Source: Candidatus Bathyarchaeota archaeon
Lineage (GTDB): Archaea; Thermoproteota; Bathyarchaeia; Bathyarchaeales; Bathycorpusculaceae
Direction: 5' to 3'
NCBI GenBank assembly: GCA_963782525.1
Contig: CAWAKC010000001.1
Coordinates: 192,001-256,000 of the forward strand
Length of the DNA stretch: 64,000 nt
Positions 20,373-30,208 of the stretch are shown here, in pieces. The translations under genes and the position numbers were made by a program. Within the stretch, counting starts at the first letter, position 1; each line of letters begins with the position of its first letter. The notes under the pieces were generated by a model. The model did not search any database, had not been told where the DNA came from, and saw nothing but the letters and a program-made list of their open reading frames with translations.

Positions 20373-20723
20373 ATTTAAGTCCTCAAAAACATACTAACTT
20401 AAATGTGAGCCAGCAAATATTCAAACGCAATAATACTTCAAGAGTTTTGGCTCTATATTTTACTTAAGGCTGTAGCGCTAATATAGTTGTGTGGTTTCGT
20501 TAACGCAACAACAAAAAGGGGGTTTATACCAAAAATTCTGTATAAAACCCGTGATCAGTACGTCAATGTTGACAAGTTTCAGCCAATTAATACTCAAAGA
20601 CGAATCTAAAACGCTTAATTTTCATTAACAACCCGCAATCAAACCATTAATGGCAACATTTAACGGTATTTTTGTTACAATAAATTTATTGGATTGAAAA
20701 CCCAACCTTAAAGTGGTAAGGTT

Positions 20724-21323
20724 ATGTCTTCAAACAATGACGATTACCCTGAATGGTTCAAAAAACGCCGCAACTCCTCCAAAGACCCCTTTTTCGGCGA
20801 AATAGACGACATGTTCCGCGAAATGGAGAAAATGATGGATGAAGAACTCAAAAACTTCACCGAAAAAGTCCCCAAAGAATACGTTAAAGAACGCAAATTG
20901 CCGGACGGCAGCACCGTTAAAGAGTTGGGACCATTCGTTTATGGTTACAGCATGAAGATTGGCCCAGATGGAAAACCGGAAATTCAAGAGTTTGGAAACC
21001 TCAAAAAAGGCATCAAGGGCCCACCGCAAGTTAAAGAGGAACGGGAACCCCTCGTAGACATCATGGAAACCAATGACGACGTTCACGTAGTTGTGGAGTT
21101 GCCAGGGGTGGAAAAAACCGACATAAAACTCCACGGCACCGAAGATGAGTTAACAATTTCGGTTGATATACCACACTACAAGTACTTCAAAGAAGTTGCT
21201 CTGCCAGTTAAGGTTAAGGTTAAAGAGGCAATCTCAACCTACAAGAACGGCGTGTTGGAAGTTGTGCTTCCCAAAGCTGAGGTTTTAGACAAGCCAAAGG
21301 GAGAACCAATCGACATAGGCTAA
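20724..21323 (+). CDS. hsp20: Archaeal small heat shock protein Hsp20
   Basis: GPFVYGYSMKIGPDGKPEIQEFGN...EREPLVD...YKNGVLEV. Confidence 0.95.
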   Translation: MSSNNDDYPEWFKKRRNSSKDPFFGEIDDMFREMEKMMDEELKNFTEKVPKEYVKERKLPDGSTVKELGPFVYGYSMKIGPDGKPEIQEFGNLKKGIKGPPQVKEEREPLVDIMETNDDVHVVVELPGVEKTDIKLHGTEDELTISVDIPHYKYFKEVALPVKVKVKEAISTYKNGVLEVVLPKAEVLDKPKGEPIDIG

Positions 21324-21371
21324 AAGCATAAAACTTTCACTCACCCAATAATCCCTAGAGTAGCTATTGCA

Positions 21372-21785
21372 ATGACGCATGAAAACTCAGAAATCGACAC
21401 GTTAAACGCTATCTGTCGAGAAGCTAAAGCAGCGGGTAAACTGTCTGGCGACAACCTAACAGAGCTCTATGAACTTTTTGGATCCAGGTTCACTAAAGCC
21501 CTCGACGCCCTAAAAGAGGGGAGAGCAAAAAGGTACATTTTTAAGCCCAGCGGCAGAACCGTCTGGATCGTGGTGGGCAGGGAACGTGATTACTTGATTA
21601 TGCCTGAAGCGGAATTCTGTACCTGTGACGACTTCTACTTCCGTGTCCTCGACAAGAAAGTCCATATGTGCTATCACATATTAACGCAGAAGATTGCCCA
21701 GAACTTGGGTTGGTTTGAGACGATACAGGAAGATGATGAATGCTTTGACATGTTGATGAATGAGTGGAAAAAAGCTACTGCTTAA
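21372..21785 (+). CDS. SWIM-type zinc finger protein
   Basis: WIVVG...FCTCDDF...CYH. Confidence 0.75.
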   Translation: MTHENSEIDTLNAICREAKAAGKLSGDNLTELYELFGSRFTKALDALKEGRAKRYIFKPSGRTVWIVVGRERDYLIMPEAEFCTCDDFYFRVLDKKVHMCYHILTQKIAQNLGWFETIQEDDECFDMLMNEWKKATA

Positions 21786-21969
21786 ATATGAAGAGTTACA
21801 AGAATACAGTAAAATGCAGGGAGAATCGCTATGGACCTAAGTGCATATTTCACCGTACTCCAGTACACCTTGATGGGTGCAACCTTTATTGCTTTAGTGC
21901 TAATCTTCATGTACGTATACTATGGCAAGGAAGAAGAAACAACCGAATAAACCCCAGCTTTTTAACCGC

Positions 21970-22257
21970 TTATCTTCTTGGTCGTCTATTCACTACCAGA
22001 AACAACACTATACTTATGGCAGTTAGGATTATGCTGATTGCTATTAGCCAGCCTGCGTCTGGTCCAGCACCAAAAACGATCGGGATTGGTCCGATGAGGA
22101 TGACTCCGCCTATACTTCCTGACCCACTCAAAAACACAGAAGCAACAACAATTACGGCAATCCCAACAAAAACTAACGCTAAACCTAAGAACAAAAAACC
22201 AAGCAACCTGCCAGAGACGCCGATCCCTTCATCTTCAGCTTCTTCATCACTCAACAT
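21970..22257 (-). CDS. DUF131/TIGR00304 family membrane protein
   Basis: GGVILIGPIPIVFG between hydrophobic helices. Confidence 0.8.
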   Translation of the reverse strand: MLSDEEAEDEGIGVSGRLLGFLFLGLALVFVGIAVIVVASVFLSGSGSIGGVILIGPIPIVFGAGPDAGWLIAISIILTAISIVLFLVVNRRPRR

Positions 22258-22261
22258 TAGG

Positions 22262-22522
22262 TTACCTCAACAGCCAATAGTAGACTACAGTAATAATTAA
22301 AACCACAATAGTAAGCGCTAACGCAAACGCCACAACAGTTTTGACTGATTTTTTGTCTGTACCAAAAATTATCGGAATCGGCCCAATCATTATGACACCT
22401 GCACCCTGCACTTTACCCTTTTTGGAGCTACCAGCAGAAGCAAGAACAATCACAGCTACGATAATTATTATTCCAACAACGACCAATGCTACGCCAAGTG
22501 TATAAAAATCTGTAATATCCAC
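22262..22522 (-). CDS. DUF131/TIGR00304 family membrane protein (tandem paralog)
   Basis: AGVIMIGPIPIIFGTD. Confidence 0.8.
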   Translation of the reverse strand: MDITDFYTLGVALVVVGIIIIVAVIVLASAGSSKKGKVQGAGVIMIGPIPIIFGTDKKSVKTVVAFALALTIVVLIITVVYYWLLR

Positions 22523-22638
22523 TTTTTCTCTTCAGCCCTAAAAGCACATGAACCAGCGTTTTTAATAAACGTAGCCAGCGGCCCCTTGAAATGCAAAAAA
22601 TTAAAAGCCCCAACGCCGCTCTATCGTGTCGGCGCAAA

Positions 22639-23796
22639 ATGACCACCCAAGACCTCATCGAAGAAATCCAGCGGCAGAACCCTCTAATCAGCCTTGAGCA
22701 AATCCAAGAGCGACTGAAGGCTGAGAGAGAAAAGACTGGTGGTTTATTGGGCGACGAAACATTGCTTCGGTTGATTGCCGCTAAATTCGGCGTTCAAGTC
22801 CAACTTAACCTTGTCCAACACAGTGCAGTCCTATCCACAAGTCGTCTGTTTGCGGGGTTGTACGATGTTACGGTTGCAGGTAGGTTAATTGCTGTTTTTC
22901 CTGCCAAAACCTTTCAGGGCGCTGAGAAATCGGGCAAGTTTGCGACTTTGATGCTTGCGGATGAAGAGGGGCTTTTGCGGGTGGTTTTGTGGAATGAGAA
23001 GGCAGAATTGGTTGAGAGGGGCGAGTTGAAAGCAGGGCAAGCGGTCAAATTGCTGCATGGGTACACGCGGGAAGATCGCTGTGGCAAAACGGAGCTGCAT
23101 TTGGGCACCAAGAGCGAAATCGAAGTGGAACCTAAAAACAAAGCTAACGAATATACCTCAATTGACAAGTTCGCAACGAAAATCAATACCTTAAACATCG
23201 CGGCTGGCAACGTTAACCTTTCAGGCGTGGTAAAGGAGATTTTAGGCGAAAGTACCTTCATCAGAAGCGACACCAGCGTCGGCACAGTTACACGCCTAAC
23301 TTTAGCAGACGGCTCAGGTCAGATAACCGTAGTTTTTTGGAACGAAAAAGCAACCGAACTGGAAAGCACACTCAAAGCAAATGCACGGTTGCTATTGGTT
23401 AATGCTCGGGTGAAAGAGGGACAAACCGGTGGCATGGAAATTCATGTTGACTCCAACACATTCATGGAGGTTCAAGCCGCGGCATTAAACTCAACTAAAA
23501 TTGCTTGCTTAGCTGAGAACCAAATAGTCAACGTTGAAGGCACCGTTTCGGCGTTAAGGGAGAACAAGGAAGTTACAACGTCCAAAGGCGAAACGATCAA
23601 GCTCATGGCTTTTGACTTAAAAGATGAAAGCGGCAGCATTCGCATTTCTGTTTGGAGAGAACAGGCAGAAGCTCTCAGGGACCTGAAAATCGGCAATAAA
23701 CTGAGCTTGAAAAATGTTTATGTGAAAAAGGGATTTGGGGGCAAAGTGGAGTTATCTACCCGGTCTGCAACGGTTGCTTCAGTTGTTAAGCTTTGA
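22639..23796 (+). CDS. Replication protein A-like multi-OB-fold ssDNA-binding protein
   Basis: Three repeats of L.D..G.(L/I)...W.E.A; start at 22639 or 22591. Confidence 0.88.
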   Translation: MTTQDLIEEIQRQNPLISLEQIQERLKAEREKTGGLLGDETLLRLIAAKFGVQVQLNLVQHSAVLSTSRLFAGLYDVTVAGRLIAVFPAKTFQGAEKSGKFATLMLADEEGLLRVVLWNEKAELVERGELKAGQAVKLLHGYTREDRCGKTELHLGTKSEIEVEPKNKANEYTSIDKFATKINTLNIAAGNVNLSGVVKEILGESTFIRSDTSVGTVTRLTLADGSGQITVVFWNEKATELESTLKANARLLLVNARVKEGQTGGMEIHVDSNTFMEVQAAALNSTKIACLAENQIVNVEGTVSALRENKEVTTSKGETIKLMAFDLKDESGSIRISVWREQAEALRDLKIGNKLSLKNVYVKKGFGGKVELSTRSATVASVVKL

Positions 23797-24811
23797 GTTT
23801 TGCTACTATTGCGTCTGCCATTTCGCTTGTAGTTGCTTTTCCATCTAAGTCTGCAGTTCTGACCTTTCCCTCTTTGAGCACGGCGATAACTGCTTTCTCG
23901 ATTTTAGCCGCAGCCATCTTTTCGCCAAGATAATCAAGCATCATTGCACCCGCCATTATTGTTGCGATTGGGTTAAAAAACCGGTTCATGCCAGCGTATT
24001 TGGGTGCTGAGCCATGGACGGGTTCGAACATTCCGTAGGTTGCTCCGATGTTGGCGCCTGCCGCTAAGCCTAAACTGCCGGTTACCTGTGCGGCTTCGTC
24101 GCTTAGGATGTCGCCGAATAGGTTGGTTGTGACCATGACGTCATAGGATTCGGGTTTCTTGATAAGTTGCATGGTTGCTGCATCGATGTGTAAGTCGTCA
24201 ACTTCTACATCGGGATAATTCTTCTGTGCTTCTTTGACTGCATCCTTGAAGATACCGTCAGTTATGCGCAGGATGTTGCCTTTATGGACGTAGGTTAAGT
24301 GTTTTCGACGTTGGGATGCCAGTTTGAAGGCGAATTCGGCAATTTTCAGAGAAGCATCGTGGGTGATTATTCTTAATGCAACACCGACGCCTGGGGCTAA
24401 AAGGGATTCTGCGCCAGAATACATGCCTTCCGTGTTCTCTCGCACAACGATTAGGTCGATGTTGGGTTTTAGGGATTCTACGCTTGGAAAACTCTTGCAT
24501 GGACGCACGTTCGCATAGAGGTTGAACATTCGCCTAAGCGTCACGGCTACGCTTACTGGTGCGCCTGGTTCTTCAGGTGTAATCATGGGTCCTTTGAGGC
24601 ACGCATCGGTTTTTTTGATTAACTCAATGGTTTCTTTGGGTAGGTTGGTGCCGTACTGGACTATGCAGTGGTATCCTGCTTCGCCGTAGAGAAAGTTAAG
24701 TTTGAATTTTGATTTCTCTTGGACTGCTTCGAGGACTTTAACGGTTGCCTCGGTAACTTCGGGTCCTATGCCGTCGCCTTTGAGCGTGGCTATGTTGTAA
24801 GTTTTAACCAT
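23786..24811 (-). CDS. Isocitrate/homoisocitrate/isopropylmalate dehydrogenase family protein
   Basis: GDGIGPEV, LYANVRP, RENTEG, NLFGDILSD, EPVHGSAP. Confidence 0.92.
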   Translation of the reverse strand: MVKTYNIATLKGDGIGPEVTEATVKVLEAVQEKSKFKLNFLYGEAGYHCIVQYGTNLPKETIELIKKTDACLKGPMITPEEPGAPVSVAVTLRRMFNLYANVRPCKSFPSVESLKPNIDLIVVRENTEGMYSGAESLLAPGVGVALRIITHDASLKIAEFAFKLASQRRKHLTYVHKGNILRITDGIFKDAVKEAQKNYPDVEVDDLHIDAATMQLIKKPESYDVMVTTNLFGDILSDEAAQVTGSLGLAAGANIGATYGMFEPVHGSAPKYAGMNRFFNPIATIMAGAMMLDYLGEKMAAAKIEKAVIAVLKEGKVRTADLDGKATTSEMADAIVAKLKA

Positions 24812-24835
24812 TTGGGTTGCCTTCTGGGTTTGTAA

Positions 24836-25408
24836 TTAGTGTTTTTGCTTATCAGCATTGCTGTTGGCTTTGGTTTTTTTTGGCAAAGTTTCCGCTAAAC
24901 CTTCAGCTTCATTTTTTAAGTAAAGTTGACGATTGTCTACGTCTTTTTCTTTGTAACGACGCATTGTCGAAGCATTCGTTTTCACTCGTTCAAAACGTTT
25001 TTGACTGTTGAGTCGCTCTGCAAGTTTAACCACGTCATTTGGCTTGCTAAACTTCTCCACCGTGCCATCTTCACGTGTTCGCTCGACTTTTATGCAGTCG
25101 TCAACCATGCAGTTGAATACGCAGGCGCCACAGTAAACACACAAATCCTCCATGATGCCGACTTTGCCCGTGCCCCAATACAACGCGTTAGTTGGACAAG
25201 CCTTTAAGCATAATCTGCATTGTGCGCCGACACAAGTGAATTCATTTATGCTGATTTTGCCATCCTTGAAAAGCTCCTTAACCCCTGTTGGTTCAAGAAG
25301 TTCTTTGCGCCGCTGCCGCTTTTCAGCTTCTTCATCAACCTGTGCACTGCTTTCTTCTTCCATCAGCTCGTATACAGAAGGTGGTTTCGACGGCATTTTG
25401 ACAATCAC
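24836..25408 (-). CDS. 2x[4Fe-4S] ferredoxin-domain protein
   Basis: CVGAQCRLCLKACP and CVYCGACVFNC. Confidence 0.85.
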   Translation of the reverse strand: MIVKMPSKPPSVYELMEEESSAQVDEEAEKRQRRKELLEPTGVKELFKDGKISINEFTCVGAQCRLCLKACPTNALYWGTGKVGIMEDLCVYCGACVFNCMVDDCIKVERTREDGTVEKFSKPNDVVKLAERLNSQKRFERVKTNASTMRRYKEKDVDNRQLYLKNEAEGLAETLPKKTKANSNADKQKH

Positions 25409-25515
25409 AGGAAATGATTTGTTTTCAAAATAGGTTTATGAATTATAATTACTTATCCCATCAATTTTGGATTTATCATTCATATTTCTGAGGATTCCGA
25501 ACCGTTTAGGCTTTC

Positions 25516-26039
25516 GGTAGAAATGCAATATAAAAACGTTAAAAGTTGCTTCATCATACTTTGTCCAGCCAGTATCCATAGCGAGCGAATTTCGCCAGCT
25601 GTAGTTGCAGTAGTTTCCTTGAAAATCTTTCTTCCTGAACTCGGTAGATGTACGTATTTCTCAGAGCTGTTATCTTCTTTTCAAATAGAAGAAGAAAAAC
25701 ACATTTCCTACAGAATTGCCGTCCTTCTTCTTTCAAATACACTACAAGCCCTCTTAGCTGAAAGAAGAAGACACAGAACTGCACACAGCCACTTTCTTCT
25801 TCTTTCAGAGAATAAAAGAAATCGGTTTTTCCCTAATAAAAATTTTTTATGCCATCAACTTGACTGAAAGAACAACAACACTGCACTGCCACTTGTTGTT
25901 GTTCTACCGATCAATGAAGCCAACCATTTAACGGGTAGAAGAAGAAGATTGAAAAATTTGCTCTTCTTCTTCTTTCAACTTAGGTTCCAGTCGAAAGAAC
26001 ACCTATGTGAAGTTTGACTATTTGGGTCTTTCTTCTATT
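25516..26039. repeat. Array of ~41-52-bp imperfect palindromic units (GGTAGAASAA / TTSTTCTTTCA arms)
   Basis: Clearest units 25684-25735, 25758-25808, 25865-25908, 25934-25977; degenerate units at 25516, 25643, 25992. Confidence 0.8.
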
Positions 26040-26061
26040 CAATCTCTCCTAATTCCACGTC

Positions 26062-26197
26062 TATTCATTTCCTAGTTGACGACAAAGGCAAACACCTATC
26101 CGCCCACACCAAAGAGGCAATATGGCAACGCATTCAACCCTTCATCAATCAACAACACGTCCACAATCAAGGGACAGTTCTTTGCGGTGAAACACAT
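26062..26197 (-). ncRNA. Candidate bridge/seek RNA region of the IS110 element
   Basis: Only sizeable non-coding part of the element (3' of transposase); inferred from family biology. Confidence 0.4.
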
Positions 26198-27187
26198 CTA
26201 AGGTTGATCATAAAACGGCCGCTTATTCTTAAGCACCGAAAAACAAACCACCAACAACTTCCTAGCAGCAGCCACCCTAGCGGTATTCTTCCCCTTCCTC
26301 CCAGCCAAACAACGATAAGAGCGGCTAATCCAAGTATCATACTTACTAACATGTGTTGAAGCGCACTCAATCATGATCCAACGCAGCCACCTACTACCCT
26401 CCTTAGTTATGTTTCCATGACGAACCATGCCTCCTGATTGATAAGTGGAAGGCACCAACCCAGCATAGCTGCAAAGCTTCTCAGCAAACGGAAAACGGCT
26501 AATATCGCCAATCTCACTCTTCAATAGAAGAGCCGAATAATAGCCAATCCCTGGAACAGTCATCAAAAGTTTAACATCTCCATCGACTTCAGCTTCACTC
26601 TTAAGCTCCTTAGACAACACCTTAATTTCTTCACTGAAAACATCGATAAGCCTCAAGTAAGATTCAACCGGATCCAAACCTAAGCCATGAAGCCAAACCA
26701 CCCCCGCCTTGGTCCACAAGCCATGATCCTCCGGCCACTTCAATCCTTGATAAGTCAGATAACTTTTGATTTTCACTCGCAGTCTAACTCTTTCCCTAAC
26801 TAGGAAAGCTCGTCTGCGAACCCTCTCTCGCAAAGCGCCTGTCTCCTCGTCAGGTACGTATGATAGTGGCAACCAATCCATCCTAAGCAGCTGTGCAATA
26901 GCTTTAGAATCCACGCGATCGCTTTTAATTTTAGCCTCAGCAATCAACTTAGTCTTCTTCGGATGAGAAACCACCGCGTCAAAGCCTTCTTTCTTTAGTT
27001 GGCGATAGAGTGATGCAACAGCTGTAGAAGACTCCATGGCGACTTTTCCAACTTTGTGCTGCGAGAGGTAAGAAGCTACTTTCTCATTCTCCATCCTTGC
27101 CTGATCTACAATCTTTCCTTCGGAGTTCAAAATAGTCGCATAAGTGCTATCCTTATGCACATCCAACCCACAAACCAAGGCGCTCAT
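26198..27187 (-). CDS. IS110-family transposase/recombinase
   Basis: GLDVHK, AMES, KSDRVD, TVPGIG, SYAGLVP...QSG, AAARKL; start MSALV at 27187. Confidence 0.95.
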   Translation of the reverse strand: MSALVCGLDVHKDSTYATILNSEGKIVDQARMENEKVASYLSQHKVGKVAMESSTAVASLYRQLKKEGFDAVVSHPKKTKLIAEAKIKSDRVDSKAIAQLLRMDWLPLSYVPDEETGALRERVRRRAFLVRERVRLRVKIKSYLTYQGLKWPEDHGLWTKAGVVWLHGLGLDPVESYLRLIDVFSEEIKVLSKELKSEAEVDGDVKLLMTVPGIGYYSALLLKSEIGDISRFPFAEKLCSYAGLVPSTYQSGGMVRHGNITKEGSRWLRWIMIECASTHVSKYDTWISRSYRCLAGRKGKNTARVAAARKLLVVCFSVLKNKRPFYDQP

Positions 27188-27225
27188 GATATGGCGTGAG
27201 CGCCCACGTCGTATAACACTTCCCA

Positions 27226-27269
27226 TACCATCAACAACAAACAAAATTTTGACGTGCTGTTGTTCTACC
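27226..27269. repeat. Further palindromic unit beyond the IS
   Basis: Minus strand GGTAGAACAACAGCA...TTGTTGTTG, same left arm as unit 25865-25908. Confidence 0.6.
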
Positions 27270-27412
27270 ACCAATCTCAGCAACCGACCATAAAGTGAAG
27301 ATAGGCCAAAAAAGGTAAACAGTTTCAGCTTAAACCAGCCATTTTATTCCCTGTGGGTTTAATAAATTGGCTTTAATTAGAGAAAAGCAAACTGTTTTGA
27401 AAGAGGACCCCC

Positions 27413-28876
27413 ATGAGCCAACCGCAAACACAAAACAAACCAAACCAAAGTTCTACGCCGCACAGCCGAATAATACTGGCAATTATTGTGCTTGGCACAC
27501 TAATGGGTTCCCTAGACAGCACCATAGTCCTCTTAGCATTTCCAACCATAAACGACAACCTCCACTCCGACCTCGCCACTTCAATTTGGATAATCTTGGC
27601 CTATCTGTTGGTGATTGCCGTTGCAACTACGCAGATGGGCAGAATTGGCGATATATATGGGCGAAGCAGAATATTCAACACAGGCTTCATAATCTTCACC
27701 GTCGGCTCAGTCCTTTGCGGATTCTCAACCCACATCTACCTGCTCATCGCCTTTAGGGTAGTTCAAGCCGCAGGCGGCGCCATCATGCAAGCAACCAGCG
27801 GAGCCATAATCGCCGATGTATTCCCGCCCCAAATCCGAGGCAGAGCATACGGCTACAACTCCTTAGGATTTACTGCAGGAGCGATGCTTGGAATAGTCTT
27901 TGGAGGAGTAATAACCACTTTCATCGGTTGGCAGTACATATTCTTCATAAACATTCCAATCGGCATAATCGCAACGGTGACCGGCTTCAAGTACATAAAA
28001 GACACCCATAAAGCGCCGTCGAAACTTAACCTGCCCGGCATGGGACTGCTCGCCGTAGCACTTGTGTTGTTGTCTTTGGGCTTGGTTAATTTTGCTGCGG
28101 AAGGAATCAGCACTACCAGCATCATCTTAGCCATCATTGGTGCTGCATTGATTCCGGTGTTCTTCTGGTATGATCGCCATCTCAAAAACTCGTTGATTGA
28201 CTATGAAGCCCTCAAAAACAAAATTTTACGAAACGCGATCCTCTCAGCCTTCTTCCTCAGCATAGGCTACTTCGCCGTAGTATTCCTAGTTATCATGTAC
28301 CTACAGGGCATTAGGGGACTGTCGCCGTTAGATGCTTCGCTTCTGCTCGTACCAGGGTATGTAGCGGGAAGTTTTCTGGGTCCAATCATGGGCAGACTCA
28401 GCGACAAATACGGCTCAAGAGACATAGCCACCATCGGCGTTTTCTTCTTAGCACTAGCCATCCTAGTTTACTTAACCATGAGTACAACCTCCCCGCTCTG
28501 GATTGTCCTATTAGCTTCAGCGATCTCAGGCTTAGGCACCTCAATGTTCTTCCCAGCCAACAACAGCGCAGTCATGGCAAACGCCCGCCAAGGCTCCTTT
28601 GGCAGCATCTCAGGATTGCTAAGAACTGTGCAGAACATCGGCTTGGTTGGAAGCTACGTCTTAGCCATATCGGTTGCAGCAGCGTCAGTTCCTAGGCAAG
28701 TGGCGTTTGAAGTCTTCATCGGAACATCCAGTCTCTCTGGAGGGGTAAGCACTGCGTTCTTGGGAGGCATACACAACGCATTCTACGCTTCCATAACCAT
28801 ACTGGTAATTGCAGCTGTGCTTTCGTATTTTAGGGGAAAAGAAGTCAGGAATCAGCCGACAAACCCTAAAACCTAA
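27413..28876 (+). CDS. MFS transporter, DHA2/EmrB-like
   Basis: LDSTIV..A.P, GRIGDIYGR, WQYIFFINIPIG, GRLSDKYG. Confidence 0.92.
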   Translation: MSQPQTQNKPNQSSTPHSRIILAIIVLGTLMGSLDSTIVLLAFPTINDNLHSDLATSIWIILAYLLVIAVATTQMGRIGDIYGRSRIFNTGFIIFTVGSVLCGFSTHIYLLIAFRVVQAAGGAIMQATSGAIIADVFPPQIRGRAYGYNSLGFTAGAMLGIVFGGVITTFIGWQYIFFINIPIGIIATVTGFKYIKDTHKAPSKLNLPGMGLLAVALVLLSLGLVNFAAEGISTTSIILAIIGAALIPVFFWYDRHLKNSLIDYEALKNKILRNAILSAFFLSIGYFAVVFLVIMYLQGIRGLSPLDASLLLVPGYVAGSFLGPIMGRLSDKYGSRDIATIGVFFLALAILVYLTMSTTSPLWIVLLASAISGLGTSMFFPANNSAVMANARQGSFGSISGLLRTVQNIGLVGSYVLAISVAAASVPRQVAFEVFIGTSSLSGGVSTAFLGGIHNAFYASITILVIAAVLSYFRGKEVRNQPTNPKT

Positions 28877-28929
28877 TACCGCCAACCCACAACTGTTATA
28901 ATAGCACATTTACGGCTGGGGAAAATGAC

Positions 28930-29880
28930 GTGGGTAAACTAAAATTCGGCGTATTCCTACCCTTCTACGCATTCCAAGCCAAAACGCCGACTGAACAGTT
29001 TGAAACCCTCAAAACCATCGTTTTAGATTGCGAACGCTACGAATACGATTCGGTTTGGCTTGACGACCACTTAATGTACAATAACTGGCCTATCCTTGAA
29101 TCCTGGACCACCCTGTCTTCACTCTCCACTTTAACCAACAAGATACGGTTGGGAACTATGGTTTCCTGCATCCAACATCGAAACCCTGCTTTACTCGCCA
29201 AATCCGCCGCCACCCTCGACGTTCTCTCGAACGGAAGATTAGAGTTTGGCATCGGTGCAGGCGCTCAAGAAGCAGAGCATTTAGCTTATGGGTTTGGTTT
29301 TCCCAAGCTGAACGATAGAATTGAGCAGTTGGGGGAGGCTTTAGAAGTAATTAAGCTGTTGTGGACTCAGGAAAAAACAACCTACCAAGGCAAACACTAC
29401 TCGCTGAAAGATGCTGTCTGTGAACCTAAACCTCTACAGAAACCTCATATTCCTATAACGGTGGGTGGCAGCGAAGAAAAATACACCCTTAAAGTCACCG
29501 CGAAGTACGCGGACCGGTTTGACTGGGGATACCTGCCCTCCGTCGAGGTTTATAAACATAAACTTGAGGTTTTAGAGAATCATTGCAAGGCAGTGGGCAG
29601 AAATTTCGGTGAAATTGAACGCTCTGCTTGGCCAAACGGACAAATACTGATAGCAGAAAACCAAAATGCACTTGACGAAAAAATCAAGAAATTAAAGCCG
29701 CCGAACATGAGCTTGCAAGATTACATGAAGGGAACCTTGGCTGTAACAGCAAACGAATGCCGAAATCCCCTGCAGGGCTACATCGATTTGGGCGCAACTT
29801 ATTTTATGCTATACTTCGCCGACTTACCAAGCACAGATGGGTTAAGACTATTCGCCGAAGCCATCGCCAACAAGTTTTAA
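28930..29880 (+). CDS. LLM-class (F420/flavin-dependent) oxidoreductase
   Basis: DSVWLDDH, RNPALLAKSAATLDVLSNGRLEFGIGAG, PKPLQKPH. Confidence 0.9.
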   Translation: MGKLKFGVFLPFYAFQAKTPTEQFETLKTIVLDCERYEYDSVWLDDHLMYNNWPILESWTTLSSLSTLTNKIRLGTMVSCIQHRNPALLAKSAATLDVLSNGRLEFGIGAGAQEAEHLAYGFGFPKLNDRIEQLGEALEVIKLLWTQEKTTYQGKHYSLKDAVCEPKPLQKPHIPITVGGSEEKYTLKVTAKYADRFDWGYLPSVEVYKHKLEVLENHCKAVGRNFGEIERSAWPNGQILIAENQNALDEKIKKLKPPNMSLQDYMKGTLAVTANECRNPLQGYIDLGATYFMLYFADLPSTDGLRLFAEAIANKF

Positions 29881-29881
29881 T

Positions 29882-30208
29882 TTAGAGGTCCCCCCGGGCA
29901 ATATGCAATAACTCATGAACTATAATTTCGTCTAACGTGTGATAGGAGTTTTCTCTCACCAAAATAATGAATTCTGCATCGTTGTTTTCGTCGCCGTTAA
30001 ACACGCAGGCATCTGTGCCCTTGGTTGAAAGAAGCCTGCCCCACTCCTCAATTTCCCGAAAATCATCCTCAATGCAATGGCGATGTTGAAGGACGCGGTT
30101 GAAGTCGTCGTCGCTTAGTCTGAAGGCTTTAACTTTTGGCAAAGGCTTGTCACTCAATGTTTTCCAGGCAGTTGTTAGGCGCCTTTTAGATATGCGCTCG
30201 GTTTTCAT
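29882..30208 (-). CDS. Hypothetical protein with C-terminal HExxH motif
   Basis: IIVHELLHIARG; start 30208 (SD-like GAAGGA) or 30232. Confidence 0.7.
   Translation of the reverse strand: MKTERISKRRLTTAWKTLSDKPLPKVKAFRLSDDDFNRVLQHRHCIEDDFREIEEWGRLLSTKGTDACVFNGDENNDAEFIILVRENSYHTLDEIIVHELLHIARGDL

Larger units (their letters stand above)
26055..27210 (-). mobile_element. IS110-family insertion sequence
   Basis: DEDD transposase; CCACGTC at both 26055-26061 and 27204-27210 marks probable ends; no terminal inverted repeats seen. Confidence 0.82.

Noticed and set aside
25523-25867. 114-aa ORF across the repeat array
   Set aside because: Its EEE/RRR/LLL content comes from the repeat arms; no recognisable domain
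25516-26039. CRISPR array
   Set aside because: No identical direct repeats, irregular spacing, mixed orientation, no cas genes
27188-27283. N-terminal extension of the transposase in the ORF track
   Set aside because: Extends past the inferred IS end into a host repeat unit; the family's first catalytic Asp sits near the start at 27187
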